IMG/VR virus record: IMGVR_UViG_3300035698_016988
Coordinates: 1 to 64,000 of that record
Length of the DNA stretch: 64,000 bases
Source: a virus
Reading direction: 5' to 3' (one strand)
The position numbers and the translations under genes were made by a program. Positions 40,436-50,309 of the stretch are shown in pieces. Positions within the stretch are counted from its first letter, which is position 1; every line of letters starts with the position of its first letter. The notes beneath the pieces are model-generated. The model did not search any database. It saw only the letters and a program-made list of their open reading frames with translations, and had not been told where the DNA came from.

Positions 40436-41227
40436 ATGAATTTAACAGACAAACAAAAAGACAGATTTCTAAAGATTATAGAAGGTAGCTCAAAGCATAT
40501 AGGTCAGTCACTTCTTCGGGAAAAAAATAAAGACTTGCTTGCTTGGATAGAATCATATGAATTTGATTTTGAAACCATAAATCTAACCGAAAAGGTTTAT
40601 TTGGTAGTTGCTGAATTTGACCCGATTTGTGAGAACGGAAATAAAAGATCTTTCAAGTCTTGGTCTGATGGATACGTTTTAGGTTGTGGCCGACCGAAGC
40701 AATGTGAATGTGTTTTCAAAGCTGTTAACGAAGCCCACCATAGAAAAATTGATAAACTCAAAAACGATTTAGAATATCGAACAGGTATAGGTAAGAAAAT
40801 TACCAAAAAGCTGAATGCTTTTTATGAAAGAACCTCAGACGAAGATCTTAGAATTCGTTATGATTCAATAAAGGCCTCGCTGCAATCACAAGCAGTAAAA
40901 GACAAAAGAGCCAAGACGAAAATTGAAAGAGGTCAACAAATTGACCCAGCTGAACGAACTGAACGTGACGAATATTATCATCAAGTTGGAATCATAACTG
41001 AGCAGAACTTTCGAGACCATTTCTACGAAATTAATCCAGAAGGTTTATCTAGGGGAGAGTATCATCTAGACCATATCTACTCTAAGATCGCCGGTTATCG
41101 TAATGGAATATCGCCCGAAGTAATTGGTCACTGGAAAAATCTTCGAATGATGACAGAGTTAGACAACAAAATCAAGGCCGGGAGATGCGATCAAACCATC
41201 GAAGAATTAATGGAGGCTATTAAATGA
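40436..41227 (+). CDS. free-standing HNH-type homing endonuclease
   Basis: YHLDHIYS...IGHWKNLRMMTELDNKIK C-terminal motif. Confidence 0.75.
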   Translation: MNLTDKQKDRFLKIIEGSSKHIGQSLLREKNKDLLAWIESYEFDFETINLTEKVYLVVAEFDPICENGNKRSFKSWSDGYVLGCGRPKQCECVFKAVNEAHHRKIDKLKNDLEYRTGIGKKITKKLNAFYERTSDEDLRIRYDSIKASLQSQAVKDKRAKTKIERGQQIDPAERTERDEYYHQVGIITEQNFRDHFYEINPEGLSRGEYHLDHIYSKIAGYRNGISPEVIGHWKNLRMMTELDNKIKAGRCDQTIEELMEAIK

Positions 41228-41257
41228 TCCTCTATTAAATCAAAAATCTACTAGCGG

Positions 41258-41345
41258 TTACATGACAAACTCCTTTTATATGGATCAAATTTATCTTTCT
41301 CATCTAAGTAGTCTTTATTCTAGACGATTTATTTCATTTTGTCAA
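41258..41345 (-). promoter_or_regulatory. strong sigma70 promoter and SD followed by ATG-TAA
   Basis: TTGACA(41345-41340)-N17-TAGAAT(41322-41317); AAGGAG; ATG TAA at 41263-41258. Confidence 0.7.
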
Positions 41346-41485
41346 GAAGTTTTTCGAGAAATTGTTGGTTTCGATTTTGATTTGAAGAGTGTTTAGAAGC
41401 CAGTCACGAGCCTCTTCAGACATCATGCCGAGATCAAACCGACTTAATGTTTGGATCTTAGCGTTCATCAATTTTTCTTGTGTGT

Positions 41486-42460
41486 TCATTTCCACCATTT
41501 CTTCTTCTCCGGACCAGAATTCAGTCGGGTGAACTCGGCATTAATGAGATTTAATTCAAGTTCTCTGGCTTCTTCTTCGTCTTCCGAATAAACATTAGAA
41601 TTAAGAACCTGATCATACCGATCGACCAACGCTTCATAGTTTAGTGATTTCAAGATGTCAATGCTTTCCTGCGCTTCTGGAAATTTGCTTAGGTCTCCTG
41701 GCGCGAACTGTTTTCCGGAACTGATTTTAGCCATGCGGCGTGCAATATCGGCGGGAACAGAGTCGGTTCTTTTTGATATTTTATAACCGTTGCTAACAAA
41801 CTCAGCAGCTTTGAATTTGTGGTTGAAAACTTTCTGACAAATCTTTTCAACTTTGTCCAAATCAAACCAACCGTTTGTTCGTACACCGGATTCCATATCT
41901 AACCAAAAATCAGTTTTATTGGTGTTTGATTTTTCGATCATTATTAGATATTTTTCAATCGTTTCGATCGAGATACCACCAGAGTAACCAACTAGGTTTG
42001 AGCTGTAACTTGGTTCCGGTAGTGATTCTGGAAACTTACCGGTACCGCCGGATGTGTCAAACAATTGAAGAGCATCTTCAGGTTTGGAAAAGGTAAAATT
42101 TCTGACTTGAGTTATCAATTTAATCCGTAGCATCTGAGCAACGCGTACTGCTTTCGAACTCGCTCCTGCACCGTTAATTTGTATTCGGTCGAAACTTAAA
42201 ACATCGTTCAGAAGATTTTCTGATAATTCACCAGTGTCATTAAAATGTCTGGCAGCGCCTCCGCAAAGATGAAGAGATTTCTTTCCTTCAATAGAACCTA
42301 GTTCATTAAAAAATTGATTTGAAGGGTAGCGTGCATCTTTGTTTGAAGTCGAAAGTAAAATGCCCCATTCAATAGGGTATTGGCGAGACAGCTCATTCAT
42401 ACGATTTTTGTCTGTTCTGTCGTCTGCACCTGTGAAGGTGATAAATTTCGGTAAAATCAT
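41486..42460 (-). CDS. TrpF/PRAI-like TIM-barrel protein with C-terminal extension
   Basis: ITFTGAD, LHLCG, LFDTSGGTG, GYSGGI and WLDMESGVRT motifs. Confidence 0.65.
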   Translation of the reverse strand: MILPKFITFTGADDRTDKNRMNELSRQYPIEWGILLSTSNKDARYPSNQFFNELGSIEGKKSLHLCGGAARHFNDTGELSENLLNDVLSFDRIQINGAGASSKAVRVAQMLRIKLITQVRNFTFSKPEDALQLFDTSGGTGKFPESLPEPSYSSNLVGYSGGISIETIEKYLIMIEKSNTNKTDFWLDMESGVRTNGWFDLDKVEKICQKVFNHKFKAAEFVSNGYKISKRTDSVPADIARRMAKISSGKQFAPGDLSKFPEAQESIDILKSLNYEALVDRYDQVLNSNVYSEDEEEARELELNLINAEFTRLNSGPEKKKWWK

Positions 42461-42487
42461 GTCATTCCTTGGGTCAGTTTGGTTGTG

Positions 42488-42637
42488 TTAGCTTGAAAGC
42501 AAAACGCCAATGGATATTAAAAGTCCTAGGGTTGAAGATAAAGTACCCACAACCGCAACCTTGTTGATAAGTGAGGCATTTTGCCAACTTATCCTCATTC
42601 GACTTATTAATCCTTTAGCGTTCTTTTCCTTTGCCAT
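42488..42637 (-). CDS. small membrane protein (MAKEKNAK..., 49 aa)
   Basis: C-terminal hydrophobic helix; start chosen downstream of the minus-strand promoter. Confidence 0.55.
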   Translation of the reverse strand: MAKEKNAKGLISRMRISWQNASLINKVAVVGTLSSTLGLLISIGVLLSS

Positions 42638-42657
42638 AAAATTATTTATCCTTCGAT

Positions 42658-42722
42658 ACAATAATTGGTATTTTCCTTTTGTCAAGGTTTTTCTTGACAT
42701 AATGTAGGATATATCGTAAAAT
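42658..42722. promoter_or_regulatory. back-to-back divergent sigma70 promoters
   Basis: TTGACA-N17-TAAAAT on + and TTGACA-N16-TATTGT on -. Confidence 0.65.
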
Positions 42723-42728
42723 ATAAGT

Positions 42729-43469
42729 ATGGACATTTATTTGGTTAGACATGGTGAGTCAATGGGGAACGTGGACAAAACATTTCACTTCGACACCGCT
42801 GACCATGCGATCCCGCTGTCGCCGAAAGGTAACATGCAGGCTAGAGCCGCTGGAGATTTTCTAGCTGAGGAATTTGTGGTAACTGGTGGGTTCATTCCCA
42901 AGAGACGAATTTGGTGCTCTCCGTATGTTAGGACCCGAGAAACCGCTGCCAACATTATGAAAGGCATTGGGCTTGACTGGTCTAATCAAACTTTGCCGAC
43001 CGCTAGCCATTCACCGGATATTCCGGATTTAAGTTGGAAGCAGTCCGGATTCAGTTATCGTGAACACGTTGCTTTATGTGAACAGCAATTCGGATTGTTT
43101 GATGGTATTGAAGATGAAGACCTTCCCGTAGTCTTACCTAAAGAGGCGGCGCACTATAATCGTTGCGTTGAACAAGAAGGTAAATTCTGGGCTCGAATGC
43201 CTATGGGCGAGAGCCGATTTGATGTAGCCAACCGTGTTAACCAAACATTCGGCACATTCCATCGTGATAAAGACAAACACGAAATTCAAGACATTATTGT
43301 AGTTTGTCACGGAGTCACCCTTCGGGCGTTCATGATGCAATGGCTGCACTTGACACCTGAATGGTTCGACGAAGAGTCTAATCCAGGAAATTGTTGGATT
43401 CGAAAAATTGGCCGTAACTCAGCTGGTCAATACGAAGACCAAGGTTATATTTTCAAACCGGAGGTTTAA
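42729..43469 (+). CDS. histidine phosphatase (phosphoglycerate mutase family)
   Basis: LVRHGES, SPYVRTRETA, GES and VCHG motifs. Confidence 0.92.
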   Translation: MDIYLVRHGESMGNVDKTFHFDTADHAIPLSPKGNMQARAAGDFLAEEFVVTGGFIPKRRIWCSPYVRTRETAANIMKGIGLDWSNQTLPTASHSPDIPDLSWKQSGFSYREHVALCEQQFGLFDGIEDEDLPVVLPKEAAHYNRCVEQEGKFWARMPMGESRFDVANRVNQTFGTFHRDKDKHEIQDIIVVCHGVTLRAFMMQWLHLTPEWFDEESNPGNCWIRKIGRNSAGQYEDQGYIFKPEV

Positions 43470-43732
43470 TGAACAGACACACAAGAAGAAAATTAGGGAA
43501 GAATGCATTTGATAAACTGACCTGGGTTTGCAACGACGTAGCGAAACCGACGGCAAATGCAATAGTAGTCAACCCTGGAGAAGATCCGCGACAAGCATTG
43601 CGAGACCATATGAAGTGGCGTTCGCAGTTTACAATCGGTGATCCAGCTCCGACGAAAGAACTCAGTATTCGTGAACTAAAGAAAGCCGGGGTCGTTGGTC
43701 TTTATACGGATGATGTCAGGAAATTTATCTAA
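43469..43732 (+). CDS. hypothetical protein
   Basis: GGAGG SD, TAATG coupling. Confidence 0.65.
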   Translation: MNRHTRRKLGKNAFDKLTWVCNDVAKPTANAIVVNPGEDPRQALRDHMKWRSQFTIGDPAPTKELSIRELKKAGVVGLYTDDVRKFI

Positions 43733-43952
43733 TGGCAGATGCAGTATATGAAATCGTATGGATCGAATCCGAATCCGGATGGGGACAGAAAGAATGGACA
43801 CGAACTTATCACGAAACAAAATCTGATGCTGACCGAGCAATGAGCATTGGGAAAAAGAAAAGATAAGGAATCCGTCTGGTCAAACGCCGAGTTGGTATGT
43901 TCAACCGGAAATTCCTAGACTAGTCGAACGACCAAAAACTTATTGGAATTAA
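43732..43952 (+). pseudogene. small frameshifted hypothetical gene (not in ORF track)
   Basis: MADAVYEIVWIESESGWGQKEW... continues in the -1 frame as ...NEHWEKEKIRNPSGQTPSWYVQPE...; ends just before a terminator. Confidence 0.55.
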
Positions 43953-43959
43953 AGGATCT

Positions 43960-43983
43960 AAAGGGTGTAACAGCACCCTTTTT
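43960..43983 (+). terminator. intrinsic terminator
   Basis: AAAGGGTG-TAACAG-CACCCTTTTT. Confidence 0.7.
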
Positions 43984-44084
43984 CCATGACTAAGTATTCA
44001 CAAGTATTCGTTTTCTTTTTGACTTGAAGACTAGGTTTTATTAAACTAATTGAATAATAAAAACAAGTAAACATAGGAGTTAAG

Positions 44085-45032
44085 ATGACGAATACTGAAA
44101 CCGTTACTTTATCACAAGCAGAAAAGGAACTTGGACTAATAAAAGATAGAGTTCTAACAAATCTTGAACTTGCCGGCGTAAGCATTGAAGAATGGCAGAA
44201 TGCCAAGACAAAAGATAAACTAAGAGTGAAAGTTTATAAAAATATCGAAGAGAAAAGACTTGAACTTTGTCCTTTCAAGTACGATCAGATTAGAGCTATC
44301 CTACCTGAGTTAAATGATTATCCAAACGATAAAGTTCCGTACTCATGGGCTTGGCAAAAGTACGTGGCTGAAAGACACCCGGGGTATAAGAAAGCTTTAG
44401 AGGAACAACAAGCAAAGCAAAAGATTCTTGCTAAAGAAAGAATAAAGCAAACCTATATTGATAATCACGAAGATATGCCAGAAGATATGAAGGAGATCGC
44501 AATTAAATATGCTACCGATACTTCATTCGACGATGGCTGGATGGGTTATTTGTTGAGAAACAAGAAGATTTCTCCAGACTTTAGGGAAGAAATCGTTTGT
44601 GACTTTCTTGGGATTAATAGAGCATCTGTTGAAGTTGGTGGTTTTGACGGAACAACCAAAAATGGACGTGAAGTTGAAATCAAAACTGAACAAGCCAGAA
44701 TAGGTGAGGCCAGAAAGCTTAATGGAGCACATCAGTTCAGTACCCTTTGCATTCCTTCTATGGAAAAGAAAATTCAAGAGAATCCGATTATGGCACACGC
44801 TGGATTTGTCGACGGAAGACTCGCATATTTAGCAACGTGGATGCTAAAAGAGATGGATCATAAAAGACTTTTATCTGAAGGAACTATACATCGAAACTAT
44901 CGAGTAGACGATTGGATGCATTTACCTTTTAGATTACAGTTTGTTGACTATTCATTACTTGAAGGATATACCGCATTGAAACTAATGGCAACCCTACAGT
45001 CAAAAAAAATTCATAAGAATAAGAATAAATAA
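44085..45032 (+). CDS. putative PD-(D/E)XK endonuclease
   Basis: E...GFDG...EVEIKT motif; AGGAG SD; own promoter TTGACT-N17-TAAACT. Confidence 0.55.
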   Translation: MTNTETVTLSQAEKELGLIKDRVLTNLELAGVSIEEWQNAKTKDKLRVKVYKNIEEKRLELCPFKYDQIRAILPELNDYPNDKVPYSWAWQKYVAERHPGYKKALEEQQAKQKILAKERIKQTYIDNHEDMPEDMKEIAIKYATDTSFDDGWMGYLLRNKKISPDFREEIVCDFLGINRASVEVGGFDGTTKNGREVEIKTEQARIGEARKLNGAHQFSTLCIPSMEKKIQENPIMAHAGFVDGRLAYLATWMLKEMDHKRLLSEGTIHRNYRVDDWMHLPFRLQFVDYSLLEGYTALKLMATLQSKKIHKNKNK

Positions 45033-45048
45033 ACGATAGGAGGGTTTT

Positions 45049-46017
45049 ATGCCAGGAGTAGCAAGATTAGGAGACGTATGTTCAGGTCATGGGTGTTTCC
45101 CACCTAGGACAAATGACCAAGGATCATCAACTGTTTTTGTCAATAATTTGCCAGCACATAGAATGGGAGATCATTGGGTAACTCATTGTTGTCATCCAGA
45201 ATGTCACGATGGTGCATTAGCCAGCGGTGATCCTACGGTTTTTGTGAATAACATTCCTTTGGGTAGAATGGGTGATCCTATTTCTTGTGGCTCAACAGTT
45301 ATGTCGGCATCTAGCACAGTATTCTCTGAAGGCAATAGTCCGCCTCCGATTGACTCTTATTCGGTCGAGGCTGTTCGAGAGATCATTGCAGTAGCAGGAC
45401 AAATTGCTCCCTTTGATGAACCGGTTTATACTTTGCAAAACGCAGGTGTTGACACAACCTCTTATCCGGCAGACACTGAACCTCCAGCAGCCCCGGCTCC
45501 GCCTACAGATTTAGCAGAACCAGAAAAAGAAATCCCAGCAGAAGTACCTTCTTGTGGAGAATACACTGAAGTTGATTACGATATTCAACTTACTCAGTCT
45601 TTCAAACTTCGTGACTTATCTGTTGGTGCATTGTTCTCGCATTCAATTAAATCACAATGCGGATTTTCGGGTTTAGAAATTATATGTAATCTAAAAGCTC
45701 TTTGTGAAAATGTGCTTGAACCACTGAACAGCGCGTACCCTGGATTTAGAATTAACTCTGGATTTCGTACAGCAACCAGATGCAAAAGCCAACACGAAAA
45801 AGGTCAAGCAGCTGATTTACAATGGCCCGGCCTTAGTAGCCAAGAATATTTGAGAAGAGCAGAATGGATTAGGGATAATCTTCTATTCGATCAAGAAATT
45901 ATGGAACATGGAAATAGTATTTGGATTCATGTCAGTTATGCAGAGGCACAGAGACGACAAGTCTTAACCATGTATAGAAAGAATTACGAGTCAGGTTTGA
46001 CTTTATATTACGCATAG
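45049..46017 (+). CDS. PAAR (T4 gp5.4-like) spike tip fused to a peptidase M15 domain
   Basis: N-terminal ARLGD...PAHRMGD...PLGRMGD repeats; C-terminal INSGFR...SQHEKGQAAD...WIHVS zinc-peptidase motifs. Confidence 0.88.
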   Translation: MPGVARLGDVCSGHGCFPPRTNDQGSSTVFVNNLPAHRMGDHWVTHCCHPECHDGALASGDPTVFVNNIPLGRMGDPISCGSTVMSASSTVFSEGNSPPPIDSYSVEAVREIIAVAGQIAPFDEPVYTLQNAGVDTTSYPADTEPPAAPAPPTDLAEPEKEIPAEVPSCGEYTEVDYDIQLTQSFKLRDLSVGALFSHSIKSQCGFSGLEIICNLKALCENVLEPLNSAYPGFRINSGFRTATRCKSQHEKGQAADLQWPGLSSQEYLRRAEWIRDNLLFDQEIMEHGNSIWIHVSYAEAQRRQVLTMYRKNYESGLTLYYA

Positions 46018-46025
46018 GAGATAAA

Positions 46026-46796
46026 ATGGTAGCAATTACATTACCAGCAAATATTGCTGACATCTATAACACTTTCACCACACAAGGTCTGAGTGTTCCG
46101 GATGCGGAATTATGCATGGATACGTGCGCGAAGATTCAGTTCGCAAAAACCCAAATTCAAAGTTGGAACAATCCTGATGCCGTATTAAACGATCTATCTG
46201 AATTAACCGGTGCTGGTGTCGACAATGAATTTTTCAATTTTATCGCTGATCAATTAGATTTTGCAGCAACCGAGGTAAGTAATGCAGAAACGCATCTTCG
46301 TGGTATATTCGGCGCCGCACCCGGTACTCCTGGGTCGCTCGGTGCTGCCAATTTGGTGAAAAATATGAGTATTGCAACCGTAGAAAAGGCTAGACAGGAA
46401 ACACTGAATCTGGTTGGGTCTAATCCATGTGATGCAATATCTAATCTATTCAATACAATTAGTGGTGGGTTGAATACATCTCTTAATGCAATTTCTGCTG
46501 CGGTAGATGAAATTCTGCAAAAGATCGGCGAAGGTATAGCAGCTTTGGTTGCATCAATTGCGGCGGTTATTCAACCTGCCTTAGATGCAATCAACGCAGC
46601 AATTGACGAGATTGTTTCTGCCATTGCAAAAGAAATCGATGATTTTGCCAAAGCGTTTGCTGATATCTTCGATTTTTCAATGTCATTGACTTTGCCTTCG
46701 TTGTTTAAGGATCCTTGCCTCCGTGCAGTTCTTGATGTGGTAGCACCGCCGGAATTAAAAGCTGCTTTGAAAATTGCCGACGATTTAACTTCTTGA
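46026..46796 (+). CDS. hypothetical helical virion protein
   Basis: AGGAG SD; co-transcribed with the PAAR gene. Confidence 0.6.
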   Translation: MVAITLPANIADIYNTFTTQGLSVPDAELCMDTCAKIQFAKTQIQSWNNPDAVLNDLSELTGAGVDNEFFNFIADQLDFAATEVSNAETHLRGIFGAAPGTPGSLGAANLVKNMSIATVEKARQETLNLVGSNPCDAISNLFNTISGGLNTSLNAISAAVDEILQKIGEGIAALVASIAAVIQPALDAINAAIDEIVSAIAKEIDDFAKAFADIFDFSMSLTLPSLFKDPCLRAVLDVVAPPELKAALKIADDLTS

Positions 46797-46820
46797 CAAA
46801 ACGATTAAAGATGTTATCAT
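46793..46820 (+). promoter_or_regulatory. sigma70 promoter
   Basis: TTGACA-N16-TATCAT with extended TG. Confidence 0.6.
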
Positions 46821-46849
46821 AAAAGATCATCAAAAGGTAAAGGAATATA

Positions 46850-48232
46850 ATGGGCGGAAATTCAAGAGCACTTCAACCAAACGGCGAACTAATCATTCGA
46901 AACGGTAAGCCGATATATGCACAAAAGATTGACTTTGGTAAAAAGTTTGATCGATCAAAATTTCAAACCGACTTCTTTAAAATGATGTCGGTATTGAATG
47001 CTGCCTTTTTGAATGAGTACGGCAAGCAACTCTGGAATTTAAAAACACGCAACCGGTATTTCAACGGTTCTTCTAGTGCATTATTCGATCCAACCATTTC
47101 CAACAAAGAATTTATTGAATATAAGCCTGAAGTTGGTGATGTTGATATGATGGTTGACCACAAAGACCTACCTAAACTTTGGGATTTACTCAAAGCCAAT
47201 GAAGGTAGACTTTTAGGCGACTTTGTTTATCTCGGGAATAACAAGATTGCAAAGAGTGCAATCGTCTCCCAAATTAACGCAGTGCTCGAATATGTCCAAG
47301 GTCCTTACATGGTTTGGTGCCAGGTAGACTTCGAAGGTGCTGACTTTGAAAATCTAATTCCTACAGAATGGGCAAGCTTTAGTCATTCCTCAGATTGGAA
47401 TGACACAAAGTCGGGAATCAAAGGCGTCATTCATAAATTTATGATTCAATCCCTTGCCACTGTTTTTGGTAAAGTAGATCAATCGGTTGAGCTAACACCA
47501 AAGAGCCCGGTTGTTGATGATGAAAAACTCAAAACTCTTACATTTGATTTGGAAGAGGCTACGGATCAGTATGAACAAACCGAAGACCCGAAGCTTAGAA
47601 AGAAAATCGCGGATTTGACAAAAGAAATAAAGCGCTCGACGCCAAAGATAAAGAAAGGCGCTGAAGAACTTGATGTTTCTAGTCTCACATTTTCAGTCTT
47701 GTATGGTCTCAGAAATAAAATGCAACCGCAATATCTACCAAACGGTCACCATTTCCAAGTGAACAGCCGAAAAGCGTTTAAGCAGATTCCTCCGGCTGAG
47801 AGTGGATATGTAAACGATCTTCGTGAAATGTTTATGAGTCTATTCAATCACGAACCTTCCCCTCAAGAGCTCAATAAATTCAAATCGTTTGTTGGATTGA
47901 TTGACTTGATCGCAGCTGAAGAACCCGAAAAACTGATAGAAATTAGAGATGAATTTATCCGTCGCTTGTGGGGATTCACCCCGGCACAGTCAAAAGGATT
48001 GGCTAAACCTAATGATGTCAAAACCCCAGCACAGGCTCTTGATCGAGACGACTGGCAAACTGATTTGAATATTAAAATGGCAGCATTGAACCACTTCTTT
48101 AACGTGTTCAATTTTGTAAAATTGCCTAAGAAAGATATTGACCATATCACTTATCTATATTATGGTAAAAACGGAGAGGCCTATTATGATCTCAGATCTA
48201 AAGGACGTGACCACGATGAACCGACCGGATAA
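46850..48232 (+). CDS. Pol-beta superfamily nucleotidyltransferase-like protein
   Basis: NGSS...VGDVDMMV and QVDF (GS...DxD...D) motifs. Confidence 0.65.
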   Translation: MGGNSRALQPNGELIIRNGKPIYAQKIDFGKKFDRSKFQTDFFKMMSVLNAAFLNEYGKQLWNLKTRNRYFNGSSSALFDPTISNKEFIEYKPEVGDVDMMVDHKDLPKLWDLLKANEGRLLGDFVYLGNNKIAKSAIVSQINAVLEYVQGPYMVWCQVDFEGADFENLIPTEWASFSHSSDWNDTKSGIKGVIHKFMIQSLATVFGKVDQSVELTPKSPVVDDEKLKTLTFDLEEATDQYEQTEDPKLRKKIADLTKEIKRSTPKIKKGAEELDVSSLTFSVLYGLRNKMQPQYLPNGHHFQVNSRKAFKQIPPAESGYVNDLREMFMSLFNHEPSPQELNKFKSFVGLIDLIAAEEPEKLIEIRDEFIRRLWGFTPAQSKGLAKPNDVKTPAQALDRDDWQTDLNIKMAALNHFFNVFNFVKLPKKDIDHITYLYYGKNGEAYYDLRSKGRDHDEPTG

Positions 48233-48235
48233 AAT

Positions 48236-49768
48236 ATGAAGATTAATGAAATCAACGGTATGTTGGATATTTCTATTCAACACGCTGACAAAGTAACTCA
48301 AGGCGATCCGGAAAAGATCCAGAAATTCTTGAGCAACCACTATACAGTAACGCAAAAGTTTGACGGTGTGAAGTTAACTCTTTGGCGTAATGCAGAACCG
48401 TTTGATCCCGATTACCGAAAGAACTGGATTGTTGCTTACAAGAATAGAGTCTTGCATCCGGAAGAATTTGAAGGACCGGATCGGAGTGCTATCAAGAATG
48501 ACTCAATCTCAATTAGTCAATACGCTTTGGTTCATGACCATTTAAAAGCGAATCACCAAAACACTCAGTTCATTCCAGAAGAGACTGAATTCTTTGTTGA
48601 GTTCATTATGAACAAACCGACCACAACGCGTGACTATTCAGATTTCCATAGTTTGATCTTGATCGCGTATGCTCCGGCAACGGCTAGTATTGGTGGTGGT
48701 ATGTTCTATACTCAGCCAGAAGGTTTTCATCAAGAAGAGATTCAAGAATACGCAGCAGCATTGGGAATGATGGTCCCGCCGGTGGTCTTCGAAGGCACAT
48801 TAGATAGTGAAGTGAATATACGTAAAGGAATCCAGTCAGAAGAATTACTTCAAGCATTTGAAGACAAAAAGCAATTCTTAAAATTTAATGATCCTGATCA
48901 TGCGTCGGAGACTTACGCTAACATAAAAGCGATGTTCTTGTCGCTTGAATCGCCGTTTGGTGGACCCGAAGAAGGTGTTGTTTTGCTTTCTGATAAGGGG
49001 AAGTTTTTCAAAATTATTCAAGCTGACCAACATGACAAAAATGTTCGCTTTAAAAAGAAACAGCGATGGCGTGGATCAATTGAAGAAGAGAAATTGTATT
49101 GGTCAAGCATCAACAGAATTGCAGACAGTGTCATAAACAAAACAAACCAAGGCGCGCTAGAGCCTACTTTAGGGATGATGTCGAAATTGACTTATTCGTT
49201 CACTGAAGATATGCTACCACAAAACGCCAAGAAGTCTCATCATCAAATTAAAGACGATTTGTTTCTAACCGCCAAGGAAAGAATAATCAGTGAATTACCG
49301 GAAAACAAAACCGCGCTAGTAATAGGCAAGCTTCGTATTTTTACAAATGCTCATAAAATTTTGATAGAAGAAGCAAAACAAAAATGCGACCACGTAACGG
49401 TAGCTTTGGTAACTGGCAAGAATCAACCTTTCTCGTTTAATCTTAGAAAAAGAATGGTCCATGCCGTCTTTCCTGATGTTGATGTAATTGAAGTGTCAAG
49501 CGGTAATCTGTTATCGACCATGAAAAAATCTAAGAAGATCATCAAATATGTAATAGCCGGAAGTGATCGGGTAGAAGGATATCGTGACCAGTTGAAAAAG
49601 CACAACGTAGAAGTAATTGAAGTAGTGCGTGATTTTTCGTCTGCAGACGCTATTTCAGCTTCCACTGTGGTTCGTGCGTTGATGTATCACGAAACAAAAT
49701 TGTTCCGAAATTTAACACCAAAAGAAATTTGGCCCTTTATGAAAGAATTACTAAATGTCCTCTATTGA
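48236..49768 (+). CDS. ATP-dependent (RNA) ligase-like domain fused to a HUP/HIGH nucleotidylyltransferase-like domain
   Basis: Ligase motifs TQKFDG, FFVEF, EEGVVL, FFKI; C-terminal GKLRIFTNAH, AGSDR and ISAS. Confidence 0.72.
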   Translation: MKINEINGMLDISIQHADKVTQGDPEKIQKFLSNHYTVTQKFDGVKLTLWRNAEPFDPDYRKNWIVAYKNRVLHPEEFEGPDRSAIKNDSISISQYALVHDHLKANHQNTQFIPEETEFFVEFIMNKPTTTRDYSDFHSLILIAYAPATASIGGGMFYTQPEGFHQEEIQEYAAALGMMVPPVVFEGTLDSEVNIRKGIQSEELLQAFEDKKQFLKFNDPDHASETYANIKAMFLSLESPFGGPEEGVVLLSDKGKFFKIIQADQHDKNVRFKKKQRWRGSIEEEKLYWSSINRIADSVINKTNQGALEPTLGMMSKLTYSFTEDMLPQNAKKSHHQIKDDLFLTAKERIISELPENKTALVIGKLRIFTNAHKILIEEAKQKCDHVTVALVTGKNQPFSFNLRKRMVHAVFPDVDVIEVSSGNLLSTMKKSKKIIKYVIAGSDRVEGYRDQLKKHNVEVIEVVRDFSSADAISASTVVRALMYHETKLFRNLTPKEIWPFMKELLNVLY

Positions 49769-50306
49769 AATTGACAAAATTATTAAACTCGATGGTCCGG
49801 TATTTGTTCTGGTCGGTGGCGCTATTGGTGCAGGTAAAACCACAGTGGTCAATAAACACTTGAAGAGTTTGGCAGTTCTTGATCCCGATGCTATTCAACT
49901 AAGTCAGATAGCTGGATTCTATATTTTTTATGATCCTAAAAAAGTGGCACAGACTTTAGTTGAGCTTGATGCGAGATGCAAAAGCTTTCTGAAAATTAAG
50001 AAATCGTTTATTAGGATGGGAACCGCGTCACAAGCTTCTGCGGCTTTGAAGAGAGCAGACCAAGCAAAAGAATATGGATTTACCACCGTGTTTCTGCATG
50101 TTGAAGTTCCGGTAGAACAAGCCGTTGCCCAGAACGCTTGGAGAAGAAAACAAGGCGACCGAGCTGTTGAATTTGATAAAGAATATAGGATCACACGAAC
50201 ACATGCAGCATCCCGTAGAACTTTTGAAGCCATTAAAGATAGGTTTGATTATTCATGTCAATTTGAGAATAATCTTGACACGAATATTGCGCCTATTGTA
50301 AATTAA
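49755..50306 (+). CDS. P-loop kinase (polynucleotide kinase / AAA_33 / zeta-like)
   Basis: GGAIGAGKT, LDPD and lid-like QNAWRR motifs. Confidence 0.8.
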   Translation: MSSIEIDKIIKLDGPVFVLVGGAIGAGKTTVVNKHLKSLAVLDPDAIQLSQIAGFYIFYDPKKVAQTLVELDARCKSFLKIKKSFIRMGTASQASAALKRADQAKEYGFTTVFLHVEVPVEQAVAQNAWRRKQGDRAVEFDKEYRITRTHAASRRTFEAIKDRFDYSCQFENNLDTNIAPIVN

Positions 50307-50309
50307 TAG

